From: Octopus sinensis
Taxonomy: Eukaryota
DNA length: 64,000 nt
Assembly (NCBI RefSeq): GCF_006345805.1
Contig: NC_043005.1
Coordinates: 71,238,001 to 71,302,000 of the forward strand
Direction of reading: 5' to 3'
Below the pieces are notes generated by a model. The model was not told where the DNA came from and searched no databases. It worked only from the letters and a program-made list of their open reading frames with translations. Positions 55,329 to 64,000 of this stretch are shown piece by piece. The position numbers were made by a program, and so were the translations under genes. Numbering within the stretch: position 1 is the first letter of the stretch; each line of letters starts with the position of its first letter.

Positions 55329-55933
55329 AGAGTATGTATACATGTATACGTATGCATCTGCATAGTTTTTGTTCATTTGCTTTTTTGTAGTTTTTTTTTT
55401 CTTTCTCTTTCTTTTCTCTCCTCTTCTCCTATTGGTTTTATCACTTACACTATCTTTCCTTACAAATAAAAATAATCTCATTCTTATGCTTTGACTTTCC
55501 CAACATAATGCTTGATCAGCTGTAAAAATCATCCGCAAAACCATGAAATTTGTTAGCCCCAATTAGACTCCACGGTGGCCACACCATAAATTCGATTTTG
55601 TAAATAACTAAATGATCTTGAAATCACACCCCAATCTATTTACTATGGCAATGTGTAAGTAGGACATTTGAATGGCTCTACCAATCCTATTTTCCACTTC
55701 CTTCTTTGATTCTTAAAATGTACATCTTTTCCTAACCCTTTTTTTTTTTTTGTATAATTCCTTGCAGCAAATAATTTCAAACAGAATATCCAGATGCACC
55801 TAATGGAAAAGGACGCCAGATATCTATAAAACATTTGTAATGTTTCAATATATGTACCAAATGACCCTTTTGAGACGTATACAATGTTATACTTGAGTAC
55901 TTCATTCCCTTTCATTTATCGACATGACTGGAA

Positions 55934-56313
55934 CTAGAAGCACTCCGTCGGTTACGACGATGAGGGTTAATCCGAATCAACGGAACAGTCTGCTCGTGAA
56001 ATTAACGTGTAAGTGGCTGAGCACTCCACAGACACGTGTACCCTTAATGTAGTTCTCGGGGATATTCAGCGTGACACAGAGAGTGACAAGGCCGGCCCTT
56101 TGAAATACAGGTACAACAGAAACAGGAAGTAAGAGTGAGAGAAAGTTGTGGTGAAAGAGTACAGCAGGGATCACCACCATCCCCTGCCGGAGCCTCGTAG
56201 AGCTTTAGGTGTTTTCGCTCAATAAACACTCACAACGCCCGGTCTGGGAATCGAAACCGTGATCCTACGACCGTGAGTCCGCTGCCCTAACCACTGGGCC
56301 ATTGCGCCTCCAC
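55934..56313 (-). mobile_element. tRNA-headed SINE (fourth family), young
   Basis: ggcgcaatggcccagtggttagggcagcgg...ggtttcgattcccagacc; intact A/B boxes, CpGs retained. Confidence 0.85.
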
Positions 56314-56450
56314 AATGACTATCACGTAATAAACAGCATTTGTAGCTTTCAAACAGGAGTTACATAACATCTGACATCATGTTGGAATTTTCTGTTTAAT
56401 GACGATATGTAGCAAAGTCTATTTGTTGAATCGATTAATAAAATTCATTG

Positions 56451-56862
56451 ATAGGCGTAGGAGTGGCTGTGTGGTAAGTAGCTAGTTTACAAACCACATG
56501 GTTCCAGGTTCAGTCCCACTGCATGGCACCTTGAGTAAGTGTCTCCTACTATAGCCTTGGCTGACCAAAGCCTTGTGAGTGGATTTGGTAGACAGAAACT
56601 GAAAGAAGCCAGTCGTATTTATGTGTATATATATGTATGTGTGTGTATGTGTTTGTGTGTCTGTGTTTGTCCCCACAAGATTGCTTGACAACCGATGGTG
56701 ATGTGTTTACATCCCTGTAACTTAGCGGTTTGGCAAAAGAGACCAATAGAATAAGTACTAGGCTTACAAAGAATAAGTCCCGGGGCCGATTTGCTTCACT
56801 AAAGGCAGTGTTCCAGCATGGTCACAGTCAAATGACTGGAACAAGTAAAAGAGTAAAAGAGT
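56451..56862 (+). mobile_element. SINE family A
   Basis: Full length. Confidence 0.92.
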
Positions 56863-57065
56863 AAATGAGCAGTCACTGGAAACAATGATGTATAATAAAT
56901 ATATTCTTAGCACCAGAGTTTAGCATTAAAAAACATAGCATTAGAGAATATTTCCTTTAAGAGGAAATGCATTTACCAATATACGCTCACTTGCAACCAC
57001 ACTCACATACATACATAAATACATAAGATACTACCACACACGTATGTATGCATAAGTGTATATAT

Positions 57066-57356
57066 GTTTCTTCCTTCTCAAGCCATGCCTGGCTCATAGT
57101 GCGGGTTTCCCAGTTTCTTTGGCATATAGGTTCCCCACCTGGACAGAATGCCGGTCCATCGCAGGTGAGCTGCAAGATGCGGAAGGAAAGAGTGAGAGAA
57201 AATTGTAGCAAAAGATTCAGCAGAAGTTCACCATTACCTTCTGCTGGAGCCACATGGAGCTTAGGTGTTTCGTCCATAAACACACACATCGCGCGGTCTG
57301 AGATTTGAACCTGCGATCCCTCGACCGCAAGTCTGCTGCTCTAACCACTAGGCCAT
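57066..57356 (-). mobile_element. tRNA-headed SINE sharing head/body with 55934-56313 but with a different tail
   Basis: Colinear for ~170 bp, then unrelated. Confidence 0.8.
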
Positions 57357-58123
57357 ACATGTGTGTATATGTATATATGTGTATGTACGTACGTATGTAT
57401 GTATGTATGTATGTATATATGTATGTATGTATATATGTATGTATGTATGTATGTTAATACATGCACATGTAACACTGCTATCTTTAATGCTACTATCTGT
57501 TTCTTCTCTAACCATGTAGCTTTATGCTTTAGGGTCAGTCCCACTCAGTGGTGGCTTGTGTATAGGCACTGCAGAACAGTAGCACCCCTTATTTCCACTT
57601 GATATTATCGTTAACATTCAATATAAGGAGTCCTTTTTTCTTTAATTCTTTCTTTATACTTGTACATTATATAATCCTTAAGCTTAGTATCAGTAGCCAT
57701 TCCCTAGTTTATGAAAAAAATACAAAAATCATTGTATAAAACTGTGCATTTCACAGTTCCAGCAGTGTGGTGTTAGGTTGTTGTGTGTATGCTCATATGT
57801 TTGAGATAGAAAGCTTCATGCTAGGGAGAGAGAGCGCTGCATGAACAACAATGCCAACTTTTGTGTTCTGGTGAAAGGTAGTGTTTCTTTTTGACTCCAT
57901 CTGTGTTAATCTTAAAAACATGTTTATGTTCTTGAATGTGATAAAGTGTAGATTTAAACTATTATCCTGGTTCCAGCTACAGTGTTGCTGCCAGGATTTG
58001 AAAAATAGGGCAGATTTCCCCCTATATTTTGTGATTTAGTGGGGATGTTTGAAAAACAAGAGGGAATTCGCAGTGGTGTTCAGTAAACAAATTAATCACT
58101 ACTTGGCTGTAGTTAAAATGCAA

Positions 58124-58288
58124 ACTCTTTTACTCTTTTACTTGTTTCAGTCATTTGACTGAGGTTATGCTGGAGCACTGCCTTTAGTGGAGCAAATCAA
58201 CCCCAGGACTTATTCTTTCGGTCTCTTTTGCCAAACTGCTAAGTTACAGAGACTTAAACACACCAGCACACAAACATATCCACACACA

Positions 58289-58331
<43 letters not shown>

Positions 58332-58348
58332 TATATATATATTATATG

Positions 58349-58388
<40 letters not shown>

Positions 58389-58622
58389 TAGATAGATAGA
58401 TAGATATATATAGGACGCCATGATAGATCATTAGCTCCTACATGCATTTTTTCTCTCCTTGTTTCTCTCCTTGATTTTTTCTGTGTATCTTTCTGTCGAA
58501 GAGCGTAGCCTTGAAACGTAAAAGACTTGTTCTATTTCTATTCCTGAGCACCATACTAATACATTTGTTTGTTTGTACTCCACCTGTCTTCATCTTTTGT
58601 TTATTTTCGTAAACCTTCCCGT

Positions 58623-58656
<34 letters not shown>

Positions 58657-58822
58657 TACAACGAGCTTCTTTCAGTTTCCATCTACCAAATCCACTCACA
58701 AAGCTTTGGTCAGCCTGAAGCTATAGTAGAAGACACTTGCCTAAGGTGCCATGCTGTGGGACTGAACCCGGAACCATGTGATTGGTAAGCAAGCTATTTA
58801 CCAGACAGCCACTCCTATACCT
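58124..58822 (-). mobile_element. SINE family A with H1 insert
   Basis: Tail 58124-58290, head 58650-58822, insert 58413-58621. Confidence 0.85.
58413..58621 (+). mobile_element. Family H1 HHR-like repeat (motif 58489-58524)
   Basis: cttt-CTGTCGA-a-gagcgtagcctt-GAAAC-GTA-aaag. Confidence 0.7.
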
Positions 58823-59941
58823 GATCAAGTTTATGTATAAATTTTCTTTTTATATGTTTGTTTCCTTTTACACAATATTAAAACAACGGCTAAAAATTTT
58901 CTGAAGCAGCAACCACATTACTTCTATCTACAAGCCACCACTGTTCCCACTTTAGAGGATCATGAATAAATGTGTTCTATTATAGGCCCATGCTGACCAA
59001 AGCCATGTGAACGTATTGCTTGATGGAGACTGAAGGAAGCCTGTCTTAGGTGTGTGTGTGTGTGCATGCATCTATGTGTGTCCCTTTGTCTGGATATCAC
59101 ATGATGGTTGCTAACAAGCATCAGCATCAGACAAATGGTGCCATTTGTCTCCAGTCTTTTCTGGCTATGATAAAATATTAAATTGTTTGGATACTCTTGT
59201 GTGGACACCCCCAGAAGATAAAGTAGGCTAGCCCAATATGTAGATATAGAGGGAGAAGTCTAGATGTCAGGTGTTGAGTAGAGGTCATCGGAACATGTGA
59301 TATAACAGATACATGTATGGGTTGACTAAGGGAAGGGCATCTAACTGTAAAAGATCTGCCTCATTGATTACCATCTGACCCAAGCAAGTATGGAAAAGTA
59401 GATGTTGAACAATGATGATGACGATGGTGATGACAACATTGATGATGATTATAATGAGAGATAAATGTAATTGCTTTTATTCTCATTACAGGTTAAATTT
59501 CAATTCATTAACTAATTTTGGCACTCACTACTTTCACTGTGTTATTCATCACTTCACTCTAAGTTCTTTTGGCAGGGTAGATTTGAGGAAAAATTTATCA
59601 TGCCATTATTTAAATGGTTTAATCGAATAACAAAATCTATGAGTTACATGCTAAACTGTTTGACTAATCATTTCATGAGTTATCGCTACACATATCGAAG
59701 TGCAACCATATTTTCCACTACGTGTTTTATTAAATTTTTAATTAATTAAAAATCTAAAGTTGTGTCCCTTGACTTGCCTATTAACTATTAATATCCAGTA
59801 ACGCTGCTGTAATCTCCTTTAGAGAGACTTAGTAATTTTAATATTTCTATTATTGAAAACAAGTGGATGTATTCCACTGTAACTAGGTAAATAAAATCTT
59901 CGAACAGACGGTCAGTAGCGACACCTGCGGGTCTGACTACG

Positions 59942-59982
59942 CTGCATTGATAAAGGGCAACAACCCTGAAACATGTCTGCAG
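59942..59982 (+). ncRNA. Minimal type I hammerhead, U3-A8 core, all stems perfect
   Basis: ctgca-TTGATAA-aggg caacaa ccct-GAAAC-at-GTC-tgcag. Confidence 0.78.
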
Positions 59983-60339
59983 ATGTCTGACTAGCAAGGT
60001 GAAGCAGCTGACCTCCCCTGTTCGAAGGTTGTAATGGACGCAGGTTCGTGTGTCATATAGCTAGCTAGAGGCGGTGGCCTCTTGGAGCTAATCAGCGACA
60101 GCTTTAGTCTTATATTTATAGATTGCCATATTAGTATGGCAATAACTATTAATATATATATATATTGTTTGTTTTTTCTCGAGCCATGCCCGGCTAAGGT
60201 CCCATCCAGGTTCCCCACCTGTGTGTGTGTAACAGGTTCCTTTCAGTTTCTGTCTACCAATTGAATGCTGCTTCAAGTTTCTCACCTCTCTCACCTTCCC
60301 CCTTTCTCTCTCTCCTCTGTCTATCTATCTGTCTAACTG

Positions 60340-60403
<64 letters not shown>

Positions 60404-60855
60404 CCTATCTGTCTGTCTTTCTATCTATCTCTATCTCTCTCAAGCTTGATGCATGACTGGATCAATAGTGAGGTGAGCCGGAGTTTGTCTATGTCTGCTC
60501 ACAGCTACAGAGGTACCTAAAACAATTATCAAATACTCAATACATGTTACCAAGCCATTGCTATTCACAAATGACTGCTGGTTCTTATATTATCGACTGT
60601 TGAATTGTGTCAAATGAATGATGGGGCAGAATTCAATAAATGTTGTTGATTATAATTCATGTAATGAATCCAGAACAGTAAGAATCCAAACAATAGCACC
60701 TATTCCTTCTGGATATATTCTGGCAGATCTGAATGTGAATATTTGATCACTGTTGGGTTTTCTTACCTTTTTTTTTTTGTTTTTGTCATTGGAGAATACC
60801 TCCTCCCTTTTGACAATTTGCGCTCATAACACTTGGTTCATTAGTGTAAGAAAAC

Positions 60856-60904
60856 TTTGAGATACTGCAGTGTTTCAACCTCATTGTGTGTCTCCTCAGT
60901 CAAA
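60856..60904 (-). ncRNA. Type I hammerhead, family H3
   Basis: tttga-CTGAGGA-gac acacaatgag gtt-GAAAC-actgcagt-ATC-tcaaa. Confidence 0.7.
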
Positions 60905-61225
60905 ATCTGCTTGATCGACAGATGAATCTCAGAAGACTATGGTTCTTTTATAGACAACAAACAATTCTGATGCATGCAGATTTCTTCTAAGCAGGAAATA
61001 ACTTATGCAGTGCATACAGAACAGTGAGAGTCCAAGTAATAATATATGTATTCATACTTAATATGTTCTGGCAGATAGCTGACCTTGTACCAAAATTTGA
61101 AACCCAATATATTCTCATAGATTCCAGATTCAAATGTGAATATCTCATCACTGTTGTTTTTCAACACGTAATCACACCTTCTTATCACTGGTGTTTCTCA
61201 TCATGGGATAACGCTGTTCGTAATA

Positions 61226-62314
61226 TTCGGTTGGCAACTAAGTTCCCATCGTTTTATTTAATTTTGTTATTTATTGCATTTTTAAATTTTGCAATTTTTT
61301 TTCTTTTCTTGAGAATTCTATTTTTGAATCATTTTGGAATCTATTTTGTGTTTTTTTTCTACTTAACTTCAGCTAATTTTTGTTTATTTTTAGATCATTG
61401 AAGTGGCATGTCAAGTTAAAAAAAACAAGCATTTTTGACATCTCCTTCTTTTTGCTTTTAATCAAGGTTCTAACACTGCAAAAGCTGCTCGTGACATTTG
61501 TGCTGTGTATGGAGAGTGTGCTATAGAGAAGCATCTTCACTCGATGAGAAAGGTTCAGAAGTATGGAGCTTGGGTTCTGCATGCTTTAAGTGACAACAAC
61601 AAAAATCAATGAGCCACAATCTCCACTGGTTTGCTTGCTTGTCACTGTTCAATTCATGGACACAAGCAACGATTTCTTTACTGAATTGTTACTGGCGATG
61701 AAAAATAGTGACTGTACATCAATATGAAGCAGTGTAAGGAATGGCTTAGCCCCAGTAAGCAAGAGACACTGCGCGTCAAACTAGATCTTCATCCGTGTAT
61801 AACGATGTTGTGCATATGGTGAGACTGGGAAGGGATTATCCATTACGAATTGCTTGAACGGAACCAGACAGTCAATGTTCAAGAGATGGAATGACTGAAC
61901 ACGGCTATTCAAGAGAAAAGACCTAATCGGCAGCATGGAGTTCTTCTGCTGCACAACAATGCCTGCCCTCATATCGCCAATATGACCAAGGAAGCCATTC
62001 AAGCACATGGCTGGGAAGTGCTGCCATACCCACCGTACTCTCTTGATTTGGTACTAACAGATTTCCACCTCTTTCGATCTCTGTCAAATGCTATGTGCAG
62101 AGTTTGGTTCAACACTGATGCAAAATTGAGAGCTTGGTTGGATCAATTTTTCGACTCGAAATTAGGTGATTTCTACCAACGAGGTATTGAATATCTTCTT
62201 GAACGTTGGGAAGAAGTCGTAAACAACAATGGTGAATACATTATTGATTAATTAGTTGTTATTTTTTATTAAATTTAAATTTTAAAAAACGCGGGAACAT
62301 AGTTGCCAACACTA
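61226..62314 (+). mobile_element. Mariner (DD34D) element, internally deleted, both TIRs and TA duplication present
   Basis: TIRs gttggcaacta.gttccc at both ends; WV(L)HAL linker; H(N)NA..HIA and YSLDLVLTDFHLF (YSPDLAP-like) motifs; coding remnant ~61403-62251. Confidence 0.9.
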
Positions 62315-62454
62315 TACATGCAATTCATCAGTATAGGGCTATAGTTTTCTCCAATGTTTCAAAGCAATAAGGATTAAATAATCATGTTAGAATTTTTCAG
62401 AACAAATTAAGAGTGAATAAATATGTTGTTACTTGAATTCTCACTGTTCAGCAC

Positions 62455-62765
62455 GTATCATCATCATCATCGTTTAGCGTCCGCTTTCCATGCTAGCATG
62501 GGCTGGACAGTTCGACTGGGGTCTGGGAAGCCAGAAGGCTGCACCAGGCCCAGTTTGATCTGGCAATGTTTCTACAGCTGGATGCCCTTCCTAACGCCAA
62601 CCACTCCGTGAGTGTAGAGGGTGCTTTTTACGTGCCACCGGCACAGGTGCCAGGCGAGTCTGGCAAACGGCCAAGATCAGTTGGTGCTTTTTATGTGCCA
62701 CCGGCACTGGTGCCAGGTGAGGCTGGCAACGACCACGAACGGATGGTGCTTTTTACGTGCCACCG
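62455..62765 (-). mobile_element. RTE 3' tail
   Basis: Matches the RTE 3' UTR end. Confidence 0.9.
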
Positions 62766-62855
62766 ACTTTCCAGTTTAGCAGACATCAGCAAATAGTTTC
62801 TCTGCTGATTCCTATAAACTTGAGCTGGTGCTTTTGTTTGACCCATCTTGGTAAC

Positions 62856-62904
62856 TTTGGCTGATTAGACACACAATGAGGTCGAAACACTAAAGTGTCT
62901 CAAA
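62856..62904 (+). ncRNA. Type I hammerhead, family H3 (G8U change)
   Basis: tttgg-CTGATTA-gac acacaatgag gtc-GAAACACT-aa-AGTGTC-tcaaa. Confidence 0.65.
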
Positions 62905-63487
62905 ACTCCCTTTTAACTCCCTATTAAACCAGTGAATCACATGTGTATGAACGCACATCATCAGAAGGGAGAAACAAAGAGATGCTCTTTGATGGGGAAA
63001 AGCTACAGCAAACAGAAATCAACTTGGAATCTGCTAGGACACATTAAGAATAAATAGATATAATATTACTATTGTAGAGTATATTTTTCATTTTGAATTG
63101 AGTGTTTGTCTTGGAATTCAGTTTTCACACCACTATGGTGGGAAATATTACATAATAGGTGGAAGCCATTGCAACTAGATGCTGTAATATGTTTATATAA
63201 ATATATGTTTATTATATTTATAAATACACCACAACAGTGATTTAAAACAATCCTTGCCTGAAGATACCAGTTGTTGGAAAATCTAGTCACGAGATAAATA
63301 TTCAATTTAAAGAAACCACATTCATATGCACACTTCTATATGCATATATATATATGCATGTGTATATGTGTGTATTTATATACAAATACACAAAGTTTCT
63401 CTTGATGATTGTGGTAATAACGTGGATAGAAACTATATTGAATAATGACAAATTTCCTTATACTAACCACATTAGGATCAAACATAT

Positions 63488-63878
63488 ACTCTTTTACTCT
63501 TTTACTTGTTTCAGTCATTTGACAGCGGCCATGCTGGAGCACCACCTTTAGTCGAGCAAATCGACCCCAGAACTTATTCTTTCTAAGGCCAGTACTTATT
63601 CTATCGGTCTCATTTGCCGAACTGCTAGGTGACGGGGACATAAACACACCAGCATTGGTTGTCAAGCAATGCTAGGGGGACAAACATAGACACACAAACA
63701 TACACACAAATATATACATATGTACGATGGGCTTCTTTGAGATTCTGTCTACCAAATCCACTCACAAGGCTATAGTAGAAGAGACTTGCTCAAGGTGCAA
63801 AGCAGTGGGACTGAACCCGAAACCATGTAGTTGGTAAGCAAGCTACTTACCTTACCACACAGCCACTCCTATGCCTAT
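63488..63878 (-). mobile_element. SINE family A
   Basis: Near full length with a small internal deletion. Confidence 0.9.
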
Positions 63879-64000
63879 ATTTAATTTTTTTTTTGTCACA
63901 CACTTAATCATCTTCAGCCACAAACACAGATATAGAATAGAAAAAGAACACACAGACACACAAATATACATTCTCTCTCTCTCTCTCTCATGCACACACA

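Noticed and set aside
60760-60990. Minus-strand exon with aggtaag donor
   Set aside because: All three frames contain stops and the segment contains the H3 hammerhead repeat.
60856-62904. Exact 2000-bp offset between the two H3 hammerheads
   Set aside because: The spacing includes later mariner and RTE insertions, so it is coincidental.

Overview
AT-rich, microsatellite-saturated eukaryotic DNA. The SINE and LINE families look like those of octopus; this is inference from pattern recognition, not a search. I recognise no host protein-coding exon, and most listed ORFs are microsatellite artefacts. The window is a mosaic of mobile elements: two abundant tRNA-like SINE families plus other tRNA-headed SINEs, RTE LINEs (two long copies and many 3' tails), four Dong/R4-type RLE retroposon fragments next to (TAA)n tracts, CR1-like and Tx1/L1-like fragments, mariner and maT transposase remnants, a Helentron-like element, and a 5S rRNA pseudogene joined to an RTE tail. 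The standout is a young Penelope-like element (RT + Cys linker + GIY-YIG, 29.9-35.5 kb). It is bracketed by two near-identical ~1.76-kb inverted arms, each ending in a minimal hammerhead ribozyme (HHR) with a compensatory U3-A8 core. In total 13 HHR-like motifs of about 8 sequence families were found by eye. Several lie inside small inverted-repeat or fold-back units, suggesting a diverse system of non-autonomous ribozyme-bearing Penelope derivatives. Coordinates were read manually and may be off by a few bases; all folds and alignments are by eye.
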